Source of the DNA: Octopus bimaculoides
Lineage: Eukaryota
Direction of reading: 5' to 3'
Length of the DNA: 45,448 bases
Assembly: GCF_001194135.2 (NCBI RefSeq)
Contig: NC_068981.1
Span: 10,983,864 to 11,029,311, forward strand
Of this stretch, positions 1 to 11,440 are shown one piece after another. The position numbers were made by a program, and so were the translations under genes. Positions within the stretch are counted from its first letter, which is position 1. Each line of letters opens with the position of its first letter. The notes under the pieces are model-generated. The model made no database searches. It worked only from the letters and a program-made list of their open reading frames with translations, and was not told where the DNA came from.

Positions 1-1800
1 ATAGAGAGAGAGAGAGAGAGAGAGAGAGATGAATATGTATATATGAATATCTACATTTACTCGTTTTATGTTTGCGTTAAAGTAAATAATAGATGTTACA
101 CATTCCTTTCATTACGAATTCAGTGTATAATAATACAACAGTGTATTGTGTTTATGGAGTCTTAAATATAATTTATGGATTATACTATAGTTTACTATCA
201 AACATTTATTAATAAAATTCGTGTGTATCATGTGCTTGCACTCAATCAGATGTACGTAATGCAATCTGTGTCATTCATCCAAACGCCCACAAAGGCAAAT
301 AAATAACAATACCAAACCCACGCGCATGCAAGCATATTTATAAACAGAGACGTCATATTATGTATGTTTCATCTATTCTTGTTGGAAAGAAAATGTATTA
401 ATGATTGTTACTAAAATACATTTAAACATTTGCTAAAAGTAGCGTAGTGTTAGTCGATGTCAAAGAACGTCATGTATACCATTTTTAGACGTGATACGCC
501 TTTTTTTTTTACCGTTTCCTTATTGAAGCTTAATCTCTATTTCTTCATTGCCATTTCATCCATTGTCCCGTAAGAGCAGAGGAATGCCCATGAGAGTTGT
601 GCTGGTAATAAAACAAAGCCGAAATAGAATTTTAGACTCGTGGTGGAAATAGTAGGGAATTCAGCATACAAGTATGCCAGTCCAGGGCAGTGTTCTGAAA
701 ATTTTAGTCATTATTATGAGATACAATGAGAATACTTGAACTGAATCTCCATTGCTAGGAATACATGATAAGAACAGGACATCACCAACGAGTGAAAAAT
801 ACGTGAACATATAATAGTAATTTGTCCCGTACCTGTCTCTCATTATGTGTTTACATATTTTTCACTCGTACGTGATGTCGTGTTCTTCTTGTGTATTTTT
901 TAGTGTGTTTACGTATATATNNNNNNNNNNNNNNNNNNNNNNNNNNNNNNNNNNNNNNNNNNNNNNNNNNNNNNNNNNNNNNNNNNNNNNNNNNNNNNNN
1001 NNNNNNNNNNNNNNNNNNNNNNNNNNNNNNNNNNNNNNNNNNNNNNNNNNNNNNNNNNNNNNNNNNNNNNNNNNNNNNNNNNNNNNNNNNNNNNNNNNNN
1101 NNNNNNNNNNNNNNNNNNNNNNNNNNNNNNNNNNNNNNNNNNNNNNNNNNNNNNNNNNNNNNNNNNNNNNNNNNNNNNNNNNNNNNNNNNNNNNNNNNNN
1201 NNNNNNNNNNNNNNNNNNNNNNNNNNNNNNNNNNNNNNNNNNNNNNNNNNNNNNNNNNNNNNNNNNNNNNNNNNNNNNNNNNNNNNNNNNNNNNNNNNNN
1301 NNNNNNNNNNNNNNNNNNNNNNNNNNNNNNNNNNNNNNNNNNNNNNNNNNNNNNNNNNNNNNNNNNNNNNNNNNNNNNNNNNNNNNNNNNNNNNNNNNNN
1401 NNNNNNNNNNNNNNNNNNNNNNNNNNNNNNNNNNNNNNNNNNNNNNNNNNNNNNNNNNNNNNNNNNNNNNNNNNNNNNNNNNNNNNNNNNNNNNNNNNNN
1501 NNNNNNNNNNNNNNNNNNNNNNNNNNNNNNNNNNNNNNNNNNNNNNNNNNNNNNNNNNNNNNNNNNNNNNNNNNNNNNNNNNNNNNNNNNNNNNNNNNNN
1601 NNNNNNNNNNNNNNNNNNNNNNNNNNNNNNNNNNNNNNNNNNNNNNNNNNNNNNNNNNNNNNNNNNNNNNNNNNNNNNNNNNNNNNNNNNNNNNNNNNNN
1701 NNNNNNNNNNNNNNNNNNNNNNNNNNNNNNNNNNNNNNNNNNNNNNNNNNNNNNNNNNNNNNNNNNNNNNNNNNNNNNNNNNNNNNNNNNNNNNNNNNNN

Positions 1801-1833
<33 letters not shown>

Positions 1834-1942
1834 AAAGGTTTGTTATAGGCATGTATATATAAGATAAAATCTTATATAAAACACTACTAACAATTAGAAA
1901 AATGGAGAAGAGAAGATGTTAAAAGTTCAAATTAGGATTTAA

Positions 1943-2055
1943 TTTCCACATACGACCGTTTCGGATGGTAATACCAACATGTTAGAAAAAACATTTATTA
2001 TAATAATAATGATAATTAAAAGAGTTATGTATTACCATTCTCGTCAGTACAAAAA
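1943..2055 (-). ncRNA. Type I hammerhead-ribozyme-like motif
   Basis: Minus strand reads UUUUUGUA-CUGACGA-GAAUGGUAAUAC...GUAUUACCAUCC-GAAAC-GGUC-GUA/UGUGGAAA. Core is intact, stem II pairs 11/12 around a long AT-rich loop, stem III is 2 bp with a tetraloop, and stem I is mostly G.U pairs. Confidence 0.6.
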
Positions 2056-2199
2056 AATTAAAGGAAAACATCAAAAAGGTATTAACAAAAGAAAATTAGA
2101 AGGAAAAACAAGGAGGCTATGTCGGAGAAGCCGACGGATATTCGTAAATAAATTGTAAAAAGGAAAAGAAGAGATACAGGAACATGTTAATGTAGTTTC

Positions 2200-2560
2200 G
2201 AGTCTGTTTAATAAAGTATAACCGTTTTGGCCAACGGATATTTTAAAATATATGCATACATAAATTCCTTCATGTATATGTCTACGTCTCTGTCTTTTAA
2301 AGGCTCGGCATCTGAGCCGGATAGAATAGGTGCCAGACTTTTAAACACTTCTTGGGTTCATTTGTACGGCTCCAGCATGGCTACAGTAATTTCCATTCTT
2401 ATATCAAAATGTAAGAGATACTTTCCTCGTGCCAAACGATGCTTCATCAAGTGTTGCTATTTTTCAGAATATACCAATATCTATTATATGTTCGTAATTA
2501 GAGACAATCTGACAATCTGTATTCAAAAACGCTTGTATGTGATTCGTGCTGTAGAAATCA
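2200..2560 (-). pseudogene. Decayed Penelope-like element GIY-YIG endonuclease C-terminal remnant (tentative)
   Basis: Frameshifted minus-strand translation gives NS-T...VW...ISY...EWKLL..HA(E)PYK(N)EPKKC, resembling the PLE endonuclease tail. It lies just 5' of the hammerhead motif, as expected for a PLE. By-eye match only. Confidence 0.4.
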
Positions 2561-2642
2561 CTAATGATGTGAGGAACATATTTCACATACGCTGTTTCTT
2601 ACATGTATGTATGTATGTATGTATGTATGTATGTATGTATGC

Positions 2643-2704
<62 letters not shown>

Positions 2705-3409
2705 TTATATATAAATGTGTGCATCTGTGTGTGCGTATTTGTGTGTGCGTCTATATGATTGTATATATTTATACATGTATGTATGTATGTATGTATGTAT
2801 ATACGCATATGTATATACGTATATATATTTATATATATATATATATATCTTAATAAATGTGCTCATTTAGTGCGCATTCAGCTTGTTTCTGCACGGCCAT
2901 TATAATTACATCATATTACTATACGAATCATATAAACAATATTGTAAATTCTATAAAGTAAAACCATGTCGGTCTATTGCACTAATTGATGTTCTGTATG
3001 TAATGATATATTTAGTTTTATCGGAATTTCGTATTGTCTGTCGTATGTTCTAAGAAAATTAGCGGTTATGTTACTAAAAGTGCAGATCGTCTGCTCCATT
3101 GCATTGTAGCAACGTTATATCTTCGAGTTCATTGTGTTGAGTATAATTTTGAAGACATGACAGCATATCTGTTTGTTTTATTGTAGGACGTGACTGGTGA
3201 ACAATAGCTTTGTCCATTACAGGTTTCCGACGGTCGCTTCCACTGCATATCTCACGGCGAGAATGTGAAGCAAGCATATTTCCTGAAACGGAATAAACAT
3301 GTCAAAAGCTTTCATTCGTAACGCACTGGTTTGTTGGTTTTCTCGCCTGTGTTGATATATTTCGCCAATGTACGCTGGCATAAGTTATACACAAACTTAC
3401 ATGCATACG

Positions 3410-3505
3410 CAGGCGCAGTTGTGGCAATATAAAAGAAGCTCGCTTCATAACCATGTGGTTGCATGTTCAGTACCCCTACGCGGAACCTGGGGCATTTATA
3501 GTTTT
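3410..3505 (+). mobile_element. Old degenerate SINE family A head
   Basis: aagaagctcgcttcataaccatgtggttgcatgttcagtacccctacgcggaacctggggca resembles the family A head at 4529. Confidence 0.45.
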
Positions 3506-3838
3506 CTGTTATAACACCGGGATGACACACACACACATACTTGTGTACTTGTGACATGCACAATCCCTATATGAATGCAGGTTTATCTGCATACACACAC
3601 ATACATACACACACATACAGACATACAGACACACAGACACACAGGCACAGACACACACACTCACACTCACACACACACAAACACACTTACAGATATGCAC
3701 ATACCAAATAATTCTTATATTCACAAATTCGTTAAGCAAAAGACTGCTGCCCTTTTGTAAGTGACCGGATTGAGTTCTGCAAAGAAAATAACTCTTAAAT
3801 TTGAAAGTAAGAAAACAGGACAAAACAAACCATACAAC

Positions 3839-3998
<160 letters not shown>

Positions 3999-4528
3999 GC
4001 ACACTCATACAGTGATAAACAAGTAATAAACCGACGCCAAAAACGTCCATATGAATTTGGATACTGACGCTATCTATAGAAAACAAATATATAGAGACAG
4101 AGGCTTAACATCGATTCGACATTTGAATGCCGCACGATAACATTCCGACAACGTTTACTAACCACAATGTATGGAAGAGCGTCTGTACATCAAGTATGCA
4201 AACATAAGACACATAACTTTAAAAAAGCCGTACTTTAGTGGCTCTGAAAGTACTCCTGACTGACGACCAATAGTACAGACATAAAAGGATTTGCAAAGTT
4301 CATATCGCAAAGTTCTTATCAGGAGAATGTCAAGCTTCTAACTGTGTTGTCGGAAAGCATCAAAGTTAAAGCATCATCGATAATCAATGACTTCTGCCGT
4401 AGACGATGTATCAGTATATTGGTTATTACTGTGAAGATCATGAAATTGCAATCAAAGACCGGGAAATGACAAAGAAATACTTAAGAGTTAGAAAGACAGG
4501 GATATAGATGATACGTCTACACATCCAT

Positions 4529-4912
4529 AGGAGTGTCTGTGTGGTAAATAGCTTGCTTACCAACCACATGGTTCCGGGTTCAGTCCCACTGCGTGGCACC
4601 TTGGGCATGTGTCTTTTACTATAGCCTCGGGCCAACCAAACCTTGTGAGAGGATTTGGTAGACAGTAACTGAAAGAAGCCCGTCGTATATAGGTATATGT
4701 GTGTGTATGTTTGTGTGTCTGTGTTTGTCCCCCCTACATCGCTTGACAACCGATGCTAGTGTGTTTACGTCCTCGTAACTTAGTGGTTCAGCAAAAAAGA
4801 CCGATAAAATAAGTACTAGGCTTACAAAGAATAAGTCCTGGGGTCGATTTGCTCGACAGAAGGTGGTGCTCCAGCATGACCGCAATCAAATGATTCAAGC
4901 AAGTAAAAGAGA
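4529..4912 (+). mobile_element. SINE family A, full bipartite copy
   Basis: Head ...ggttccgggttcagtcccactgcgtggcaccttgggc..., internal TA/TG linker, tail ...ggtgctccagcatgaccgc.... A highly similar copy lies at 24892-25297 on the minus strand. Confidence 0.88.
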
Positions 4913-5302
4913 GGGAGTATGCCAACAGAAAGAGATTCTGTGGTATTAGCAACGATGACGTCATCCATTTCATAAGCATTTCCCGAAAATGTCCCCAGAG
5001 TATTTACTATCTATGAGGTATGATAAGGTGGGGAGCTGGAAAAATCGTGAGTATGTCGGATAAAATGCTTAGTGGTATTTCTTCCGGTTCTTTATGTTCT
5101 GAGCTCAAATCCCACCTAGACCAACTTTGTCTTTCCTCTCTTTTACGCCATGCAAACCAGATAACTGGCTTCTTAAGTACTAGGGATGAAGAAGGAAAAA
5201 GATGAGGCATGATATCGCATTTGAAACATGCAAATCCAGCAGTAAAAAAAAAGTAGTCCTGAAGGTAAAAATAGATGTTACAATGATATGACAAGCATAG
5301 TC

Positions 5303-5513
5303 CTTTCTACTCTAGGTACAAGGCCCGAAATTTATAGGGAGTGGGCAAGTCGATTAGATCGATCCAGTACGCAACTGGTACATAATTTATCGACCCGAAC
5401 GAAGGAAAAGCAAAGTCGACCTCGGTGGAATTTGAACTCAGAACGTAAAGAAAGACGAAATGCCGCTAAGCATTTCGGCCGACGTGCTAAAGAGTCTGCC
5501 AGCTCGCTGCCTT
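5303..5513 (-). mobile_element. SINE family B
   Basis: Reverse complement matches gcggtgagctggcagaatcgttagcacg...ttctgagttcaaattcc...ggggtcgat seen at 14246, 19274, 21935 and 38684. Confidence 0.85.
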
Positions 5514-5692
5514 TTTAAATGTAAGTATAATAGACAAGACAATGTTTACGGGCTGAGAAAAGAAAATGTGCTCAGTATTGGAGATTAGTTAACACCCACA
5601 CCTTTTCACATAATTTTAATGCGGAAATGAAAACATGTGTGTCGAATTAATATGAAACTTGCTGATTCAACGTTTGGACTATTGCTTTAGAT

Positions 5693-5760
5693 CAGTGGTT
5701 CTCAGCCTTTTCACAATGGTTCCTAACCCTATCATTTAAATGAATTTTCCCACGGACCCC
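5693..5760 (+). mobile_element. hAT/Charlie-like DNA transposon left terminus
   Basis: Starts CAGTGGTTCTCAGCC, like Charlie-type CAGTGGTTCTCAACC termini. Preceded by ctttagat, similar to the NTCTAGAN target preference. The other end is not visible because a gap follows. Confidence 0.5.
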
Positions 5761-6494
5761 TTTTAATATGTTTATTTTATGTATGTATATATATATATAT
5801 ATATNNNNNNNNNNNNNNNNNNNNNNNNNNNNNNNNNNNNNNNNNNNNNNNNNNNNNNNNNNNNNNNNNNNNNNNNNNNNNNNNNNNNNNNNNNNNNNNN
5901 NNNNNNNNNNNNNNNNNNNNNNNNNNNNNNNNNNNNNNNNNNNNNNNNNNNNNNNNNNNNNNNNNNNNNNNNNNNNNNNNNNNNNNNNNNNNNNNNNNNN
6001 NNNNNNNNNNNNNNNNNNNNNNNNNNNNNNNNNNNNNNNNNNNNNNNNNNNNNNNNNNNNNNNNNNNNNNNNNNNNNNNNNNNNNNNNNNNNNNNNNNNN
6101 NNNNNNNNNNNNNNNNNNNNNNNNNNNNNNNNNNNNNNNNNNNNNNNNNNNNNNNNNNNNNNNNNNNNNNNNNNNNNNNNNNNNNNNNNNNNNNNNNNNN
6201 NNNNNNNNNNNNNNNNNNNNNNNNNNNNNNNNNNNNNNNNNNNNNNNNNNNNNNNNNNNNNNNNNNNNNNNNNNNNNNNNNNNNNNNNNNNNNNNNNNNN
6301 NNNNNNNNNNNNNNNNNNNNNNNNNNNNNNNNNNNNNNNNNNNNNNNNNNNNNNNNNNNNNNNNNNNNNNNNNNNNNNNNNNNNNNNNNNNNNNNNNNNN
6401 NNNNNNNNNNNNNNNNNNNNNNNNNNNNNNNNNNNNNNNNNNNNNNNNNNNNNNNNNNNNNNNNNNNNNNNNNNNNNNNNNNNNNNNNNNNNNN

Positions 6495-6495
6495 N

Positions 6496-6549
<54 letters not shown>

Positions 6550-6780
6550 CATATCAATGTAGGGGCTATGCGCGTGCGTATGTATGCTTGCGTGCACACG
6601 CGCGCGTGCACACGCCCAAACACACTCCCACACACACGCAAACTCTCCCATATACACGCACACACACTCACACACACTCACACACACTCATACACACACA
6701 AATACACACACACGCACACAAACACACACACTCACACACACACAAACACATACGCGCACAGAAACAGAGTGCGTGTGTTT
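6495..6780. repeat. Compound (TA)n/(CA)n microsatellite
   Basis: Directly visible. Confidence 0.95.
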
Positions 6781-7330
6781 GTATACATATAACGATGGTT
6801 TCTCATGTAAATAACCATTTTACGATATTAGTCCGAGGGTTGAAAACTCGTGTGCTGTTTCTGGGTTTTATCGTGTTAATTATTCAGTAATGCGAGAAGT
6901 TATATTGGCAAAGCTATATAACCCATTCTCTTTTAACCATGCCGTCTTGTGTGTGATGCTTGCTGAGGCGTGGATATTGCAAAGAAACCACATGAAGTGC
7001 ATGCTTCGTTCGTTTCCGCTGATGTTGAAGCATGGCTCAACGCTGCATTCATCCGCATGCCAATTTAAAACTTCCCTTCATTATTTCGTTATTCCCCCTT
7101 TCAAATACTTACCTACACACTCTTAGACATATACAAATACTAATATTAGCACCTTCTCACATAATTTCAAATCGAAAAAAAAAAATGTTATGAATTACAA
7201 CAAACTTATACTTGAATGTTTGTATTTTTTTTTAATACTAGATTATAATTTATATACTCCTATATTCACAGTTATATACACGTAGGTGCAGACAAAACAT
7301 ATTAAAAAATATTCATTTCTATACGTCAAT

Positions 7331-7409
<79 letters not shown>
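7331..7409. repeat. (CT)n microsatellite
   Basis: Directly visible. Confidence 0.97.
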
Positions 7410-7411
<2 letters not shown>

Positions 7412-7594
7412 CTATCAGTCTATCTATCTTTTTTTTTTTTCGATCCCTTTTGATCGAACTCCCCCCTTTTCCTTCCTACGATCCCTTTTGATCGACCCCC
7501 CCTTTTTTTTTCTTTCCTTCCCCCTCCCAAAAAGAAATGCTCTACATTGTATTTGTCCCATCTTCGTTGAGCCCTGTGTGGCTAATAAAGAAAC

Positions 7595-7637
<43 letters not shown>

Positions 7638-8419
7638 GCTGTTTATCTATCTATCAGTCTATCTATCTATCAGTCTATCTATCTGTCTATGTATTGTTGC
7701 AAATGTAGAGACGGTTGTTGTCTCTGCCACTATTGTCAACTCTACCATTAATATCGTTACAGTTACTTTAACCTTGCTATTACAGCGTTGCTCATCGTTA
7801 GTTACCACCAATAGTGCCTTGATCTGTATCGTTGTGGCTAACATTTGTAGCCATGGCGACAGTATAACCGTTATTTACTTAAATCTCCCATCTTTGCTAC
7901 TGCTACTGTGTGGTATTATTAAATGTTGTTCAGTTTCGACTTTTGTCTGGTACTTGAGGTAATCATAAATGTGTGAGAATTGAAGGGAATAGTAAGAGAA
8001 AGGGAATCAGCTTAGTGAATAAACCAAATTCCACAAGTCTGTAAGCAGGTTCAGCAGATGGTGAGAATGAGATCAACAATAGGTTTTCGCAAAAGAAGCC
8101 TCATACCCCTGGGGTCAGTAGAGGTCAAATGTGTTTAATACTACTAGCGATCAATGAGGGCGCTGACCTTGGCCTTGAAAGGAACCAATTCACCTTGTTC
8201 TTTTTTTAATTAGTGATAGAATAAATAATGATATATACATATACTGGCATTCATATCGTTGAATTTTTTAATTTCTGAATTAAAAAAAAAAAAATTCTTT
8301 TCTCTTTATACGTTTTGCTGTGGTGCACAGTGTTTGTAATTGTGCAGTTTGTAATTGTGCAGTTTGTATATATTGGTAGGTGCTTACCTCCTTAATCGTT
8401 TTTGTGCATTTAATTGTGT

Positions 8420-8860
8420 TGTTGCAATAAAAGGTATGTTTACATATTCGAGTAGTCAGGGTGAAGAGAAAAGTAAGATTCTCAGAAAAATTTGTAGCTA
8501 TAGGAGTTTTGAAATTTTCTAAAGTTGATTGTTTGTACGTCCGACCAGAGGAAAGTGTAGTGTTTTTGCAATAAAAAAGATGTTTACATTTTCGAATTCT
8601 CAGGGAGAAAGGAAAGAAAGAAAAAGAAAGTAAAATTTTCACAGAGTGTTGTAGATTTTAAAGTTTTAAGATTTACTAAAGATGATCATTTGCATGTCCA
8701 CAGAGAAAAATGTAGTGTTCTTAGAATAAAAAGGATGTTTACATTTTCGAATTCGCAGGCAGAAAGGAAAGGATAGGTATTCACAGAAGCTGTAGATATT
8801 AAGGCTGATCGTTTGTGTGTTCGAAAACTGTATATATGTAAGTTTCTTAACTTATTTTGA
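8420..8860. repeat. Degenerate ~150-bp tandem repeat, about 3 units
   Basis: The anchor aataaaa..atgtttaca(t)tttcgaattc.cagg recurs, with atgtttaca at 8436, 8580 and 8735. Confidence 0.75.
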
Positions 8861-8968
8861 GGGAAATTTTGAATGCTCACAGGAAATTGTAGATGTTCCA
8901 GTCTTTGACAGTTATTATTCAGTTGCCCTGCTGGGTTGTATTAGTGTTTCTGTGTCTTCAACTGCGGA

Positions 8969-9118
8969 CTGGTCAGAGCAGTGAAAAACACGTCCAACCG
9001 CTGTCAAGACTGGCGCTTATTCCTGGTCAGGGCAGCGAAGTACACGTCCAACCGCTGTCAAGACCGGCACTTATTCCTAGTCAGAGGCGCAAAAAACAGG
9101 TCCAGCCGCTGTCAAGGC
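8969..9118. repeat. 54-bp minisatellite, about 2.8 units
   Basis: Units start at 8969, 9023 and 9077 and share gtcca(a/g)ccgctgtcaag. Confidence 0.9.
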
Positions 9119-9156
9119 TAGTAGACGAGTATCGGCTAGTAATTATTATTATTATT

Positions 9157-9683
9157 GAGTGAGAGAGCAATGCATGCCATCAAAGTGACACAGGGGTAAA
9201 ATATACGAAGCCCAGTATACCCATCATGACTACCCGTCACAAGCATCGTCAACATATGTGCACGAAATGGTGATCTCATATCAAGATAAACAGATCATGA
9301 CCTTGCAGGTGGGACCCAGTTAGAATTTACTTCTGGTCGAGCAGCCCAATAGGGCCCTGAATAAGGGTTGTTTAAGGATGTTGAACGAAACACCCATGTT
9401 TCCAGAGGTGAATTATCCAAACTCCAAAGATTCCTCTCAACACGTGGCTATGATGTTCCCCCACTACTTCTGCTCGTGATCAGAGATGCACATATCATCA
9501 GCCACCAAAGGACATGCTCAACTGGTTAAGGTCAAACAACTGACAAGCAAATCTGTGGTATTAAGCAGAATATTTGCTGCATCCCATCTTTTATACCGAG
9601 ACAAAACAATGTACATGGTAACACTTCCAATCAGTTAAGATCAGAATCCATGAGAGCCACTGTCTGGTACTGCATCAGAGCAT
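9157..9683. mobile_element. ~527-bp non-coding interspersed repeat embedded in (ATT)n
   Basis: Complex sequence sharply bounded by ATT tracts at 9142-9156 and 9683-9731. I recall it as a common octopus repeat, but this is unverified and there is no second copy in the window. Confidence 0.55.
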
Positions 9684-9769
9684 TTATTATAATTATAATT
9701 ATAATAATAATTATTATTATGATTATTATTATGGTTTTATATATATATATATATATATATATTTAATAT

Positions 9770-10286
9770 ATGTGAAGTCAGTCACCACACCAAAGTGGCT
9801 GTTCCATGTAACTACTAGTTTAACCCCAGCTACATCTTCTGCCATCTGGTTATTGGAGCGACGCTGCACTCTTTATATGCAATATATACTCCTAGCAGGG
9901 GAACGAACCCATACCATCCTCTAGCAGACAACAGGATCGTGAGACTGACTCAGCTTCGAGAGCTGCTTGGCCCGTCTACAGTCATGAGCATCTGGTCACC
10001 AGAGCGATAGACAGGGCCTGCTCCCGCCAGTCATATATTATAAACAAAGCGACCATCGGCCACCGATTTGCAACAAGCTGAATAGCTAGTTCTGAAATCT
10101 CATGAAGAGATCAGAATAGTAACTATACTAGAAGTAATGTCAATCGCCGCGTCAAAGTAGTTGTTGTATGTTGCTACTAGTTTAACCCCAGGCAGATCTT
10201 CCTCCAGTTGTTTATCGGTGCGACGATACATATATATTTTTTATCAAAGCTGCATAAAACGCCAGCTGGTTATCGGTGTGACGATG

Positions 10287-10290
<4 letters not shown>
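9770..10290 (-). mobile_element. Repeat family D: tandem ~362-bp units containing a decayed hammerhead motif
   Basis: The identical 17-mer tactagtttaaccccag occurs at 9813 and 10175, with a further partial copy near 10260. It is homologous to both arms at 34987-35369. Confidence 0.7.
9937..9987 (-). ncRNA. Decayed hammerhead-like motif
   Basis: UCAUGA-CUGUAGA-CGGGCCAAGCAGCUCUC-GAAG-CUGAGUCAG-UC/UCACGA. One mismatch in each core half, stem I pairs 5/6, and stem III is palindromic. Confidence 0.45.
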
Positions 10291-10369
<79 letters not shown>

Positions 10370-10382
10370 GTCTATCTGTCTG
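10287..10382. repeat. (TATC)n microsatellite
   Basis: Directly visible. Confidence 0.97.
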
Positions 10383-10734
10383 TCTATATATATATGTACA
10401 CATATATATATTTCTATTAAAGATGCAAAAACATCACAAAAATTGCTACCCAGAGTTCAAGGTTCCCGTTCGTCGGGAGTGTGAGACTCTGAGTAGGTGT
10501 TTTTTTTTGTGATGTTCTGCAGCTTCAATAATAAAGTATATTACTCTACCTTCCGTATTCGAGTATTATTTTTTCCACCTTGTTTTGCATTATTGTACTT
10601 ACATGTGTGTGTGTACTTATATATATATATATGTATGTATATATATATGTCTGTATATNNNNNNNNNNNNNNNNNNNNNNNNNNNNNNNNNNNNNNNNNN
10701 NNNNNNNNNNNNNNNNNNNNNNNNNNNNNNNNNN

Positions 10735-10792
<58 letters not shown>

Positions 10793-11299
10793 TGTATGTA
10801 TGTATGTATCTATCTATCTATCTATCTATCTATATATATATATATATATATATGATACTCATCTAAATAGCTTCTCAATAAATACACACTGTCTATAGGC
10901 TAGTTACGGTAGTACCATGCATATTGATTATGATGCACAGATGGTTATTTTAATTAAGTATTGCTTCAATTACGTTTACTGGTTTATGTGTATGCTTATA
11001 TACGCGCGCGAACATACACACTGGCGCACACACATATATATGGTGTACGTTTGAATTTCTATGTAATATGTTATCACGTAGAACGCTAACACTTCACCAA
11101 GTTTTTACCTTCAAACACTGATACATGGAAACATGTACTTAAATTCAATTCCATGACTCGATGAATAACAATAATTTGATGTATAATACCGTATCTGAAA
11201 TTTATAACATAATATGGAAAAAATATTCAGTCTTACTATTATAACACTGAGAATATATATAAATAATGTTAGAAGCATGTATAATACAAGCGCAAGCGA

Positions 11300-11435
11300 G
11301 GCCTCCCAGCCACATGGTTCCGTGTTCAGTCGCACTGCGTGGCACCTTGGGCAAGTATCTTCTACTATAGATTCGAGCTGAAGAAAGCCTTGAGTGGATT
11401 TCGTTGACGGAAACTGAAAGTAGCCCGGCGTATAT
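11300..11435 (+). mobile_element. SINE family A, 5' half
   Basis: ccacatggttccgtgttcagtcgcactgcgtggcaccttgggcaagt...ggaaactgaaagtagcccggcgtatat matches the 4529 copy. Confidence 0.8.
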
Positions 11436-11440
11436 ATATA

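Noticed and set aside
9600-9683. HDV-like ribozyme at the end of the ATT-embedded element
   Set aside because: One hairpin is present, but P1, P2 and the catalytic J4/2 segment could not be assigned.
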